Part shown: positions 24,905 through 39,446 of the stretch, piece after piece
Numbering within the stretch: the stretch's first letter is position 1
Layout: each line of letters starts with the position of its first letter
DNA from: Eledone cirrhosa
Lineage: Eukaryota
Direction: 5' to 3'
Length of the DNA stretch: 64,000 nucleotides
Assembly: GCA_964016885.1 (NCBI GenBank)
Contig: OZ024743.1
Span: 89,900,001-89,964,000, forward strand
Position numbers and translations under genes: made by a program
The notes under the pieces: model-generated
Database searches by the model: none
What the model was told of the DNA's origin: nothing
Seen by the model: the letters and a program-made list of their open reading frames with translations, nothing else

Positions 24905-27900
24905 TTCCTTATATACAATACATATGTATACGTTATATAGCATATATGTGTATAGGTTATATAGCATATATGTGTATAGGTTATATAGCATACATATGTA
25001 TAGGTTATATAGCATATATGTGTATACGTTATATAGAATATATATGTATAGGTTATATAGCATATATATGTATAGGTTATATAGCATATATATGTATACG
25101 TTATATAGAATATATATGTATACGTTATATAGCATATATGTGTATAGGTTATATAGCATATATGTGTATACGTTATATAGCATATATGTGTATACGTTAT
25201 ATAGCATATATATGTATAGGTTATATAGCATATATATGTATAGGTTATATAGCATATATATGTATAGGTTATATAGAATATATGTGTATAGGTTATATAG
25301 CATATATATGTATGGGTTATATAGCATATATATGTATAGGTTATATAGCATATATATGTATAGGTTATATAGAATATATATGTATAGGTTATATAGCATA
25401 TATGTGTATAGGTTATATAGCATATATGTGTATACGTTATATAGCATATATGTGTATAGTTTATATAGCATATATGTGTATAGGTTATATAGCATATATA
25501 TGTATAGGTTATATAGCATATATATGTATAGGTTATATAGCATATATATGTATAGGTTATATAGCATATATATGTATAGGTTATATAGAATATATGTGTA
25601 TAGGTTATATAGCATATATATGTATACGTTATATAACATATATGTGTATAGGTTATATAGCATATATGTGTATACGTTATATAGCATATATATGTATAGG
25701 TTATATAGCATATATATGTATAGTTTATATAGCATATATATGTATAGGTTATATAGCATATATATGTATAGGTTATATAGCATATATATGTATAGGTTAT
25801 ATAGCATATATATGTATAGGTTATATAGAATATATGTGTATAGGTTATATAGCATATATATGTATACGTTATATAGCATATATGTGTATAGGTTATATAG
25901 CATATATGTGTATACGTTATATAGCATATATATGTATAGGTTATATAGCATATATATGTATAGTTTATATAGCATATATATGTATAGGTTATATAGCATA
26001 TATATGTATAGGTTATATAGCATATATATGTATAGGTTATATAGCATATATATGTATAGGTTATATAGAATATATATGTATACGTTATATAGCATATATA
26101 TGTATAGGTTATATAGAATATATATGTATAGGTTATATAGAATATATATGTATACGTTATATAGCATATATATGTATACGTTATATAGCATATATGTGTA
26201 TAGGTTATATAGAATATATATGTATAGGTTATATAGAATATATATGTATACGTTATATAGCATATATATGTATGGGTTATATAGAATATATATGTATAGG
26301 TTATATAGCATATATATGTATGGGTTATATAGAATATATGTGTATAGGTTATATAGCATATATATGTATAGGTTATATAGCATATATATGTATACGTTAT
26401 ATAGCATATATATGTATAGGTTATATAGCATATATGTGTATAGGTTATATAGCATATATATGTATACGTTATATAGCATATATATGTATAGTTTATATAG
26501 CATATATGTGTATAGGTTATATAGCATATATATGTATGGGTTATATAGAATATATATGTATAGGTTATATAGAATATATATGTATACGTTATATAGCATA
26601 TATGTGTATACGTTATATAGCATATATATGTATAGGTTATATAGAATATATATGTATAGGTTATATAGCATATATATGTATAGGTTATATAGAATATATA
26701 TGTATAGGTTATATAGCATAAATATGTATAGGTTATATAGAATATATATGTATAGGTTATATAGCATATATATGTATAGGTTATATAGCATATATATGTA
26801 TAGGTTATATAGAATATATATGTATACGTTATATAGCATATATATGTATACGTTATATAGCATATATATGTATACGTTATATAGCATATATGTGTATAGG
26901 TTATATAGCATATATATGTATAGGTTATATAGCATATATATGTATAGGTTATATAGCATATATATGTATAGGTTATATAGCATATATATGTATAGGTTAT
27001 ATAGAATATATATATATAGGTTATATAGAATATATATGTATACGTTATATAGCATATATGTGTATACGTTATATAGCATATATGTGTATAGGTTATATAG
27101 AATATATATGTATAGGTTATATAGCATATATATGTATAGATTATATAGCATATATATGTATACGTTATATAGAATATATGTGTATAGGTTATATAGCATA
27201 TATATGTATAGGTTATATAGCATATATATGTATAGGTTATATAGAATATATATGTATACGTTATATAGCATATATATGTATAGGTTATATAGAATATATA
27301 TGTATAGGTTATATAGAATATATATGTATACGTTATATAGCATATATATGTATACGTTATATAGCATATATGTGTATAGGTTATATAGAATATATATGTA
27401 TAGGTTATATAGAATATATATGTATACGTTATATAGCATATATATGTATGGGTTATATAGAATATATATGTATAGGTTATATAGCATATATATGTATGGG
27501 TTATATAGAATATATGTGTATAGGTTATATAGCATATATATGTATAGGTTATATAGCATATATATGTATACGTTATATAGCATATATATGTATAGGTTAT
27601 ATAGCATATATGTGTATAGGTTATATAGCATATATATGTATACGTTATATAGCATATATATGTATAGTTTATATAGCATATATGTGTATAGGTTATATAG
27701 CATATATATGTATGGGTTATATAGAATATATATGTATAGGTTATATAGAATATATATGTATACGTTATATAGCATATATGTGTATACGTTATATAGCATA
27801 TATATGTATAGGTTATATAGAATATATATGTATAGGTTATATAGCATATATATGTATAGGTTATATAGAATATATATGTATAGGTTATATAGCATATATA

Positions 27901-29580
27901 TGTATAGGTTATATAGAATATATATGTATAGGTTATATAGAATATATATGTATACGTTATATAGCATATATATGTATACGTTATATAGCATATATATGTA
28001 TACGTTATATAGCATATATGTGTATAGGTTATATAGCATATATATGTATAGGTTATATAGCATATATATGTATAGGTTATATAGCATATATATGTATAGG
28101 TTATATAGCATATATATGTATAGGTTATATAGAATATATATATATAGGTTATATAGAATATATATGTATACGTTATATAGCATATATGTGTATACGTTAT
28201 ATAGCATATATGTGTATAGGTTATATAGAATATATATGTATAGGTTATATAGCATATATATGTATAGATTATATAGGATATATATGTATACGTTATATAG
28301 AATATATGTGTATAGGTTATATAGCATATATATGTATACGTTATATAGAATATATATGTATACGTTATATAGCATATATATGTATAGGTTATATAGCATA
28401 TATGTGTATACGTTATATAGCATATATATGTATAGGTTATATAGCATATATATGTATACGTTATATAGAATATATATGTATACGTTATATAGCATATATA
28501 TGTATACGTTATATAGAATATATATGTATACGTTATATAGCATATATATGTATAGGTTATATAGCATATATGTGTATACGTTATATAGCATATATATGTA
28601 TAGGTTATATAGCATATATGTGTATAGGTTATATAGCATATATGTGTATACGTTATATAGAATATATATGTATAGGTTATATAGAATATATATGTATAGG
28701 TTATATAGCATATATATGTATAGGTTATATAGCATATATGTGTATAGGTTATATAGCATATATATGTATAGGTTATATAGCATATATGTGTATAGGTTAT
28801 ATAGAATATATATGTATACGTTATATAGAATATATATGTATACGTTATATAGCATATATGTGTATAGGTTATATAGCATATATGTGTATACGTTATATAG
28901 CATATATATGTATAGGTTATATAGCATATATATGTATAGGTTATATAGCATATATATGTATAGGTTATATAGCATATATATGTATAGGTTATATAGAATA
29001 TATATGTATAGGTTATATAGCATATATATGTATAGGTTATATAGCATATATATGTATAGGTTATATAGCATATATATGTATACGTTATATAGCATATATA
29101 TGTATAGGTTATATAGAATATATATGTATAGTTTATATAGCATATATATGTATAGGTTATATAGCATATATATGTATACGTTATATAGAATATATATAAG
29201 GGCGGTTGATTTGGCAGTATCGGTAGAGAGTCGGACGCCATGCTTTCTAGCATAGTTACGCCCCTTTACGGTCTGAGTTCAAATCCCATCGAGGTTCACT
29301 TTGCCTTTCATCTTTAAGGGGTCGATAAAATAAAGTACCAGTACTCTTACTGGTATAATTGCTGGCCTTGTGCCAAAAGTAGAAACAGTTATATAGAATA
29401 TATGTATAGGTTATATAGAATATATATGTATACGTTATATAGAATATATATGTATACGTTATATAGAATATATGTATAGGTTATATAGAATATATATGTA
29501 TACGTTATATAGCATATATGTGTATAGGTTATATAGAATATATATGTATATGTTATATAGAATATATGTATAGGTTATAT
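24905..29580. repeat. 24-bp satellite array (TATATAGCATATATATGTATAGGT), ~185 monomers, interrupted by a SINE
   Basis: Directly visible; source of the 1400-aa artefactual ORFs. Confidence 0.97.
29199..29387 (+). mobile_element. Full-length SINE S1 inserted into the satellite
   Basis: GGGCGGTTGATTTGGCAGTATCGGTAGAG...GAGTTCAAATCCC...GGCCTTGTGCCAAAAGTAGAAAC. Confidence 0.9.
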
Positions 29581-30099
29581 GAGATAAACTCAAGAGGTTT
29601 TGAGACTTTTATCAGAGAGACATTTATTTAACTCAGATCAACATATTTTTACTTCTGTATCCGGGTATGATAGACAGAAACACAAACTTATACACAGAAA
29701 AGACGGTTGCGATATATATGTGCGTGTGTGTGTATATTTCTGTCTGTCTGTGTATCTGTGTGTCTGTATGTGTGTGTGTGTGCATGTGTTTATGTCGATG
29801 TTTACATTTGCATCTATCTCTATGCCCACTAACTTAGCAAATCGACAAAAAGAGAGTGATGAAATAAGTACCAGACTTGAAAATATATGACAGCTCTCCG
29901 ATATACTCGATATCACATGTAATCTCGCCACCCCACGCACGCCAAATCTGCACTGATTCCATGAGTGGAGACCTTGAAAGGATCTTTAGTCTCATCTCTT
30001 TTAATAGTAAAATATCATCAACACAAATATTGACCATTTCAAGAAAACATCATCGCACCTTAAACATGAGTAGCAAGCCACTAAAGTCCTCGCGGTTTC

Positions 30100-30560
30100 T
30101 CTAAATGGTAGCCCTCACAGTCACAGAGAATCTCTCAAGGCAAACACACACCTTTAACATTATTAGGACGGTACTTCAAATATTTCATCCCCCAACAATT
30201 GATGATCCTCTACAAAGTACAGGTGAGACCTAATGTGAAATACCTTACCCAGGTCCGGGGTGGTGTTCATCTTCTTTATGATATCATACACCACACCCAC
30301 AATAAAGCAGCGCGTCTTATCAGCATAATGAGACTATGCAGGCTCTAGCCCACAGACATCACACTGTCTACTCTCTCTACCTCTTCTACCATTCTTACAA
30401 TGGTCTCTCTACTTGCTGGTCCCCTTTACACAGACATTCCCCACTCTCCTCCTATCAACCATGTTCTGTACAACCCCTCCCATCTCGCACTACTTTCACT
30501 CCTTGTTTACGTCACTTCTTTGGAACCCTTTGTTTTCCCAGCTTTTTTCAGTTGTTATTT
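30100..30560 (+). mobile_element. CR1/Jockey-group LINE 3' fragment, decayed
   Basis: FHPQQLMILYKVQVRPNVKY...NKAARLI...QALAHRH..YSLYLFYHSYNG resembles the CR1-group RT C-terminus. Confidence 0.55.
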
Positions 30561-30595
30561 TTTGTGGGGTTTTTTCTAAAACGAATGGACATGCA

Positions 30596-30808
30596 CAGGG
30601 CTGGATTTAGCCCTTGAGGGCCCCGGGGCACTTCGGTTGGGAGGGGGCTCCCCAATTTTACATATCAAAGTCATATTGCACCCAATTAACTTTGATATGT
30701 AAAATTATGGGGGTTTGGTGTATATTTTAATTTTTTGTGTATGCGTCCCCACCCACCCCGAAAAAAATTGAAGTGCTCCGGGCTCCCCAACATCTAAAAC
30801 AAACCCTG
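30596..30808. mobile_element. MITE (hAT-type TIRs)
   Basis: CAGGGCTGGATTTAG...CTAAAACAAACCCTG, with an internal inverted repeat AATTTTACATATCAAAGT / ACTTTGATATGTAAAATT. Confidence 0.7.
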
Positions 30809-31089
30809 AGAAGGGGTAATGAAGGGCAAATCTGGCTGTATAGGAAAGTAGAGGAAAGATCTATAAATACCATACAAGGTAAAAGAAGGAAAGAGCAAGG
30901 ACTATTAGACCAAAATTGAATCTGTCCTGTTTTTATCTTTTACCAGATTTAAAGTATTTGGCAACCGAGAGTTCTAACATCAAAATGGCGGAAGCGGTCG
31001 CCAGGCTGTTTGAAATGAACAGAAAGGAAGGGTGAGGGCAAATTTACGAGTTTTCTTTTTTTCTTTCCTATTAAATAATGCGATAATGC

Positions 31090-31560
31090 CAGTTCACTCT
31101 TTGATGTTGTCTTGCCAGGATTTTCTTTGTCTGCCTCTTCTTGACTGTGCTCTGATGCATGGTTTTGGACATGGACTTGTGACGAGATATATGACCATAC
31201 CAGACAAGTTTCCGTCTTTTCACCATCGCAAGGAGTGGATCCTGTCGGCCAGCGTGTTTGTTAACTTACTGTCTGACAAAGCTGTTTCTTTTGTGCTCCC
31301 TGTTTGGGATGTATAGCATCCTTCTAAAGCACTTGTGCTCAAACGGCTAGATTCTTCGAACCGTGTCAGGTGTGAGAGTCCAACTCCCACATCTATACAA
31401 AAGGATCGAAGTCACCAAGGACTTGTATAGTTTGAACTTCGTTGGAAATCTGATGGAGTTGCTTTTCCATATGACGTTCAGCTTTCCCATGGCAGAAATG
31501 ACCCAGAAATGGCCATGACGAGTTTTGTCAGTATCACCTTCTCAGATCTGCCATCTCAAT
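31090..31560 (-). mobile_element. RTE LINE 3' fragment
   Basis: Minus strand: KFKLYKSLV.SILLY...WYGHI...SKTMHQSTVKRGRQRKSWQDNIKE.TG. Confidence 0.7.
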
Positions 31561-31875
31561 TCAGCCGAAGTTAAAATAATTGAAAATAATCAATGCAGCT
31601 TAGTTTTGGGGCCCGAATATTAAAAATGTCATTACATTGGACATTTCTGGATTTGATATATTTGAAATAGTCGGGAGGGCGCTATACCCCACCTTCATCC
31701 CAGGGAACGCTATACCTCCTCCCCTCCTCTCAGGGATCGCTATACCTCCTCACTCCCTCTCAGGGAACGCCGTCACCCCATTACTACCCGGCTTAGTACA
31801 TCATTACAGGAGTATACCATTACCTCTATACTAGACAGGAAATATTGTAAATATTGCTGTGTAATGTAAGTTGGT

Positions 31876-31956
<81 letters not shown>

Positions 31957-31959
<3 letters not shown>

Positions 31960-32250
31960 AGTACAACCTGTCTCATGGTCGGGTCGTTGGCGACTAAAGT
32001 GGCAACCCCACCAATGTTTCTTGGTGAGGAGGGTGACTTTGGACATCCTGCAGGACTAAAAACAAAACCTTTCAAAGGGCAAAGGAGCTCTTAAGAGTCA
32101 ATGGCCATCCAAAATCACCGGGAGAGATGACCCCTTAGCCTTTGTTAAGGCAGAATTCTAGGAGAAGGAAAACTCTGATATAACACCTGCAACCCTGATG
32201 GTATCCAATGATGTTGACTTGTTCTTCTTTTTGGTAAATATCATCTTGGT
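31957..32250 (+). mobile_element. Probable RTE-type 5' UTR fragment
   Basis: The CTAGGAGAAGGAAAACTCTGAT motif is recalled from RTE 5' regions (not searched). Confidence 0.4.
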
Positions 32251-32526
32251 TAAGAGAGTGGGACTGGCTTTGTGCAGTGCCTTTGCTCACTATAAAAGCT
32301 TCACGGCACAGGCATTGCTTTATATCTGTAGATCTCTCTGCACTTGTCGTCACATGGTACCATGGGCCCAGCACTATGTGTCAGTAATTGTCACAAGTGT
32401 AGTGTTTGTACCAGAGTTTTCAAGTCAATGGCTGGACTATAAAGTCACACTCGTTCAGCCCATCGGCAGGGGTTCTCCTACATGGATATAAAGTAGAGGC
32501 CGTACTCGAAAACGAGTTGGCAACCA

Positions 32527-32570
<44 letters not shown>

Positions 32571-32575
<5 letters not shown>

Positions 32576-32989
32576 AACAAAAGATGGTTAAAGGAGTTCC
32601 ATGTATTTTATTATACGCATTTCAAAAACAAATATCATCATGCAATAATATTTGTGTTTTCATCAGATAAAACAGGAGGACATGATATGAAGGCTAAAAG
32701 ACACTTGTGGATAGTTCAGTTTTAAATCAACATATGTTGATTTAAAACTGAACTGTCCACAAGTGTTTTTTAGCCTTCATATCATGTCCTCCTGTTTTAT
32801 CTGATGAAAACACAAATATTATTGCATGATGATATTTGTTTTTGAAATGCGTATAATAAAATACATGGAACTCCTTTAACCATCTTTTGTTCTTATATAT
32901 TATGTATACTCCAATCCCACAAACTGTAGAGTGCTTCTTATCCGATATCTGCATTGCTTTATTGTACTACAATAAAACTCACCTCCTAC
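32571..32989. mobile_element. Fold-back HHR element family A (second copy)
   Basis: Palindrome centred on AAATCAACATATGTTGATTT (~32733). HHRs at about 32604-32674 (-) and 32793-32863 (+). Flanked by (TA)n. Confidence 0.9.
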
Positions 32990-33205
32990 ATATATATATA
33001 TATATATATAAAGAAACCGGCTAGTACTTAGTACAATCCCTGATGCTTTCACCTCCTCCAGGGGATTCCTTCCGTGCCAGACAATACAGAATCGTCAGTA
33101 ATGTATTATGTTACTTCTGTTACTCGGAAATTGAGACTCCCCGTATACCACTATATACAGTGACATAAACAACTATGAAAATCTAACTTACACCTTCAAA
33201 TTACA

Positions 33206-34228
33206 GTGGTGGTGGTGGCGGTGGTGGTGCTGGTGGTTGTGGTGGTGGTGGTAGTTGTGGTGGTGGTGGTGGTGGCGGTGGTTGTAGTGGTGGTGGCGGT
33301 GGTGGTGGTGGTTGTGGTGCTTGTGGTGGTGGTGGTGGTGGTGGTGATGGTGGTGGTGGCGGTGGTGGTCTGGTGGTGGCGGTGGTGCTGGTTGTGGTGG
33401 TGGTGGTTGTGGTGATGGTGGTGGTGGTGGCGGTGGCGGTGGTGGTCTAGTGGTGGTGGTGGTGACGGTGGTGGTGGTGGTGGTGGTCTGGTGGTGGTGG
33501 TAGTTGTGGTGGTGGTTGTGGTGGTTGTGGTGGTTGTGGTGGTTGTGGTCTGGTGGTGGTGGTGGTCTGGTGGTGGTGGCGGTAGTGGAGGTGGTGGTGG
33601 TGGTGGTGGTCTGGTGGTACTGGTGGTAGTGGCGGTGGTGCTGGTGGTGGTGGCGGTGGTGGTCTGGTGGTGGCGGTGGTGGTGGTTGTGGTGGTGGTGG
33701 TGGCGGGGGTGGTGGTGGTGGCGGTGGTGGTCTGGTGGTGGTGCTGGTGGTGGTCTGGTGGTGCTGGTGGTGGTGGCGGTGGTGGTCTGGTGGTGGTGGC
33801 GGTTGTGGTGGTGGTGGTGGTGGCGGCGGTGGTGGTCTGGTGGTGATGGTGGTGGTGGTGGTGGTGGTTGTGGTGATGGTGGTGGTGGAGGTGGTGGTCT
33901 GGTGGTGGTGGTGGTGGTGGCGGTGGTGGTTGTGGTGGTGGTGGTTGTGGTGATGGTGGTGGTGGAGGTGGTGGTCTGGTGGTGGTGATGGTGGTGGTGG
34001 TGGTGGTTGTGGTGGTGGTCTGGTGGTGGTGGTGGCGGTGGTGGTGGTGGCGGTGGTGGTTGTGGTGGTGGTGGTTGTGCTGATGGTGGTGGTGGTGGTG
34101 GTGGAGGTGGTGGTCTGGTGGTGGTGGCGGTGTTGGTCTGGTGGTGGTGGTGGTGGTGGTGCTGGTGATAGTGGCGGCGGCGGTTGTGGTGGTGGTATTG
34201 TTGTTGGTGATGGTGGTGGTGATGATGA
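33206..34228. repeat. Imperfect (GGT)n trinucleotide tract, ~1 kb
   Basis: Directly visible. Confidence 0.95.
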
Positions 34229-34546
34229 GCTTGCATCAGACTTCCACAGTTACGGCTTATTAAATACCACTGCTGAGGCTTTAGGCCACTCCAGAAGGCG
34301 ATCGCCCGTAACCACGTGGTTACGAAGCGATCTTCGTAACTGTCGGCTCCGACATGACTGTGGGGTTAAGAAATTTGAGTCGCCATTACGTGGCTTCTCG
34401 TTCAGTCCAACTTCGTGACACCTTGGATAAGTGTCTTCTACTATAGTCTCGGACTGACCAATTCCTTGTGAATGATATTTCTTGAGCGGATAAAAAAAGT
34501 GGTATATATATATAATTCCACCCACCTGTGCCTTCAATCTATCTTA

Positions 34547-34583
34547 TTCTTCTGATGAAGGACTAGTGACCGAAACGTTAAGA
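34547..34583 (+). ncRNA. Minimal type I hammerhead motif (Penelope pLTR type)
   Basis: TTCTT-CTGATGA-aGGactagtgaCC-GAAA-CG-TT-AAGA; palindromic AACGTT stem III; weak stem II. Confidence 0.6.
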
Positions 34584-34675
34584 CCCTCTTCCTGCTATTT
34601 CAAGCGTTAACCTAATATATTCCTTCCATATACTGTACCGATTGTGTTGTTATTTCTGTTTACCTTTACATACAC

Positions 34676-34713
<38 letters not shown>

Positions 34714-34714
34714 C

Positions 34715-34777
<63 letters not shown>

Positions 34778-34864
34778 ACCTTTACTGTTTGTTTATCTTC
34801 CAAAACCTAGCGGTACGATAAAAAGAAATCGATAAAATAACTACTATGGTCGATCAGGCCAGTG

Positions 34865-35107
34865 TTTAACCTGGTTTCTGTGGCGTGAAGCGACTGAGAG
34901 AAGAATATTTACCCCTGGACATGACGCCAGTCCATCCAGGGTTAAGTCCCCAGCTATTGCTGGTACTCATTTTCAGCTGAGTATACTGGAGCAACGTGAA
35001 ATGAAGTGTTTTGCTCAAGAACTCAGCACACAACTCAGCAATGGAATCGAGCCCACAACATGATGATCGTAAGTCCAACACCCTTACCACAAGGCCACGC
35101 GCCTCCA
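34865..35107 (-). mobile_element. tRNA-derived SINE (CORE/V-domain-like)
   Basis: Minus strand GGAGGCGCGTGGCCTTGTGGTAAGG...GGCTCGATTCC...CCCTGGATGGACTGGCGTCATGTCCAGGGG. Confidence 0.75.
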
Positions 35108-35804
35108 CTGTTCTATGGTCCATATGATTGACTATATCAAGGTATTGCCCCAGCAGGGCCACACTCTAATGACTGGAACAAGTAAAAGAATAAAAGAATA
35201 AAATCAAAGCTACGCCCATGTAGGTATAAGTTCGTTGTTTAGAATATCATGTGTGTTTCTATAACAAGTTTGATATTTCTGAAAGTTAATCTTATGTAAT
35301 CTTACTCCGGCTTCGTCTAATTTCATGACAAAGCATTTGAAATAATATCTTCTATGCTTATTAAGACGTATTTGATGGAGAGCCGGATCAAATCTCAGTC
35401 AGCTCTCCATTGAAGGAAGTGAAGTAGAACTATTTAGAAAATGTGACATAGTCACAGTGGCAGTTCTGTGGTGGTAGTGATTCACTTGTATATGATTGGT
35501 TTTGCAAACACTTTTAACTGCTACACTTCTCACTTGTGGTAGCAGTATCTCCGAGTGGTTAACAAGCTTCGATATCCTGTGGTCCGGAGTTCGATCAACA
35601 CTTTTTGCCACATTACCATAGGGCATTGGCCGAATTGATACCACACTGTAACTGGGTTGTCACCTCACTGTCATTGGATTGACCCTTCGCTATTAATGGT
35701 TTGGGTTGACACTTAACTATCACTGGCTTAATAACTTACTATCATTGTTTTCAGTTCACACCTCACTTCCGTTTATTGCGTTGACACTTCACTACCACTG
35801 CTTG

Positions 35805-38800
35805 GAACCACACTATGATGGTCTATGTGGAGTGACACCTTACTATCTTTGGTAGACACCACACTATCATGGTCTATGTGGAGTGACACCTTACTATCAT
35901 TGGTAGACAACATACTAGCGTGGTCTATGTGGAGTGACACCTCACTATCATTGGTAGACACCACTCTATAATTGGTACACACCACACTATCATGGTCTAT
36001 GTGGAGTGACACCTTACTGTCATTGGTAGACACCACACTATCATGGTCTATGTGGAGTGACACCTTACTATCATTGGTAGACACCACACTATCATGGTCT
36101 ATGTGGAGTGACATTTTACTATCATTGATTGACACCACACTATCATGGTCTATGTGGAGTGACATTTTACTATCATTGATTGACACCACACTATTATGGT
36201 CTATCTGGAGTGAAACCTTACTATCTTTGGTAGACACCACACTATCTTGGTCTATGTGGAGTGACACCTTACTATCTTTGGTAGACACCACACTATCATG
36301 GTCTATGTGGAGTGACACCTTACTATATTTGGTAGACACCACACTATCATGGTCTATGTGGAGTGACACCTTACTATCTTTGCTAGACACCACACTATCT
36401 TGGTCTATGTGGAGTGAAACCTTACTATCTTTGGTAGACACCACACTATCATGGTCTATGTGGAGTGACACCTTACTATATTTGGTAGACACCACACTAT
36501 CGTGGTCTATGTGGAGTGACACCTTACTATCTTTGCTAGACACCACACTATCATGGTCTATGTGGAGTGACACCTTACTATCTTTGGTAGACACCACACT
36601 ATCATGGTCTATGTGGAGTGACACCTTACTATCATTGGTAGACATCACACTATCTTGGTCTATGTGGAGTGACACCTTACTATATTTGGTAGACACCACA
36701 CTATCATGGTCTATGTGGAGTGACACCTTACTATCTTTGGTAGACACCACACTATCTTCGTCTATGTGGAGTGACACCTTACTATCTTTGCTAGACACCA
36801 CACTATCTTGGTCTATGTGGAGTGACACCTTACTATATTTGGTAGACACCACACTATCATGGTCTATGTGGAGTGACACCTTACTATCTTTGGTAGACAC
36901 CACACTATCATGGTCTATGTGGAGTGACACCTTACTATCTTTGGTAGACACCACACTATCTTGGTCTATGTGGAGTGACACCTTACTATATTTGGTAGAC
37001 ACCACACTATCATGGTCTATGTGGAGTGACACCTTACTATCTTTGGTAGACACCACACTATCATGGTCTATGTGGAGTGACACCTTACTATCTTTGGTAG
37101 ACACCACACTATCTTGGTCTATGTGGAGTGACACCTTGCTATATTTGGTAGACACCACACTATCATGGTCTATGTGGAGTGACACCTTACTATCTTTGGT
37201 AGACACCACACTATCTTGGTCTATGTGGAGTGACACCTTACTATATTTGGTAGACACCACACTATCATGGTCTATGTGGAGTGACACCTTACTATCTTTG
37301 GTAGACACCACACTATCATGGTCTATGTGGAGTGACACCTTACTATCTTTGGTAGACACCACACTATCTTGGTCTATGTGGAGTGACACCTTACTATATT
37401 TGGTAGACACCACACTATCATGGTCTATGTGGAGTGACACCTTACTATCTTTGGTAGACACCACACTATCATGGTCTATGTGGAGTGACACCTTACTATC
37501 TTTGGTAGACACCACACTATCATGGTCTATGTGGAGTGACACCTTACTATCATTGGTAGACATCACACTATCATGGTCTATGTGGAGTGACACCTTACTA
37601 TCATTGGTAGACATCACACTATCATGGTCTATGCGGAGTGACACCTTACTATCTTTGGTAGACACCCCACTATCATAGTCTATGTGAAGTGACACCTTAC
37701 TATGTTTGGTAGACACCACACTATCATGGTCTATGTAGAGTGACACCTTACTATCATTGGTAGACACCACACTATCATAGTCTATGTGGAGTGACACCTT
37801 ACTATCATTGGTAGACACCACACTATCATGGTCTATGTGGAGTGACACCTTACTATATTTGGTAGACACCACACTATCATGGTCTATGTGGAGTGACACC
37901 TTACTATCTTTGGTAGACACCACACTATCATGGTCTATGTGAAGTGACACCTTACTATGTTTGGTAGACACCACACTATCATCGTCTATGTGGAGTGACA
38001 CCTTACTATCGTTGGTAGACAGCACACTATCATGGTCTATGTGGAGTGACACCTTACTATATTTGGTAGACACCACACTATCATGGTCTATGTGGAGTGA
38101 CACCTTACTATCTTTGGTAGACACCACACTATCATGGTCTATGTGGAGTGACACCTTACTATCTTTGGTAGACACCACACTATCATGGTCTATGTGGAGT
38201 GACACCTTACTATCTTTGGTAGACACCACACTATCATGGTCTATGTGGAGTGACACCTTACTATCTTTGGTAGACACCACACTATCTTGGTCTATGTGGA
38301 GTGACACCTTACTATCTTTGGTAGACACCACACTATCATGGTCTATGTGGAGTGACACCTTACTATCGTTGGTAGACAGCACACTATCATGGTCTATGTG
38401 AAGTGACACCTTACTATCTTTGGTAGACACCACACTATCATGGTCTATGTGGAGTGACACGTTACTATCATTGATAGACACCACACTATCATCGTCTATG
38501 TGGAGTGACACCTTACTGTCTTTGGTAGACACCACACTATCATGATCTATGTGGAGTGACACCTTACTATCATTGGTAGACACCCCACTATCATGGTCTA
38601 TGTGAAGTGACACCTTACTATCTTTGGTAGACACCACACTATCATGGTCTATGTGGAGTGACACCTTACTATCATTGGTAGACACCACACTATCATGATC
38701 TATGTGGAATGACACCTTACTATCTTTGGTAGACACCACACTATCATGGTCTATGTGGAGTGACACCTTACTATCTATGGTAGACACCACACTATCATGG

Positions 38801-39200
38801 TCTATGTGGAGTGACACCTTACTATCTTTGGTAGACACCACACTATCATGGTCTATGTGGAGTGACACGTTACTATCATTGGTAGACACCACACTATCAT
38901 GGTCTATGTGGAGTGACACCTTACTATCATTGGTAGACACCACACTATCATGGTCTATGTGGAGTGACACGTTACTATCATTGGTAGACACCACACTATC
39001 ATGGTCTATGTGGAGTGACACCTTACTATCATTGGTAGACACCACACTATCATGGTCTATGTGGAGTGACACGTTACTATCATTGGTAGACACCACACTA
39101 TCATGGTCTATGTGGAGTGACACCTTACTATCATTGGTAGACATCACACTATCATTGGTAGACACCACACTATCATGGTGTATGTGGAGTGACACTACAA
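35805..39200. repeat. 51-bp minisatellite, ~66 units (GACACCACACTATCATGGTCTATGTGGAGTGACACCTTACTATCWTTGGTA)
   Basis: Directly visible. The minus frame is open from 39195 to 35773, encoding (SLHIDHDSVVSTKDSKV)n. Confidence 0.95.
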
Positions 39201-39344
39201 TATCGTGGTAGACATCACTATTACCACACTATCATTTAGTTAATATCTCTGATCAAACCTAAATTGAAATAGAAAAAGAAACAATTAAAAGTGATATGTT
39301 ATTTATAACCATGTTCTTTGTTCAGTTAATAACTTCAGTTAAAT

Positions 39345-39446
39345 AATTGTTTCTACTTTTGGCACAAGGCCAGCAATTACCCAGTGTATTACTGGTACTT
39401 TATTCTATCGACCCCGGAAGGATGAAAGGCAAAGTTAACCTCGGCA
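39345..39446 (-). mobile_element. SINE S1, truncated
   Basis: Matches the 3' half of S1. Confidence 0.8.

Noticed and set aside
24874-29255. ORFs of 591-1459 aa on both strands
   Set aside because: Translations of a 24-bp satellite, open in several frames simply because the monomer lacks stops.
33196-34418. Pro/Thr/His-rich mucin- or extensin-like ORFs
   Set aside because: (GGT)n repeat open in multiple frames, with no domain or splice evidence.
35805-39200. CRISPR-like regular array
   Set aside because: Units are contiguous with no unique spacers; eukaryotic context and no cas genes.
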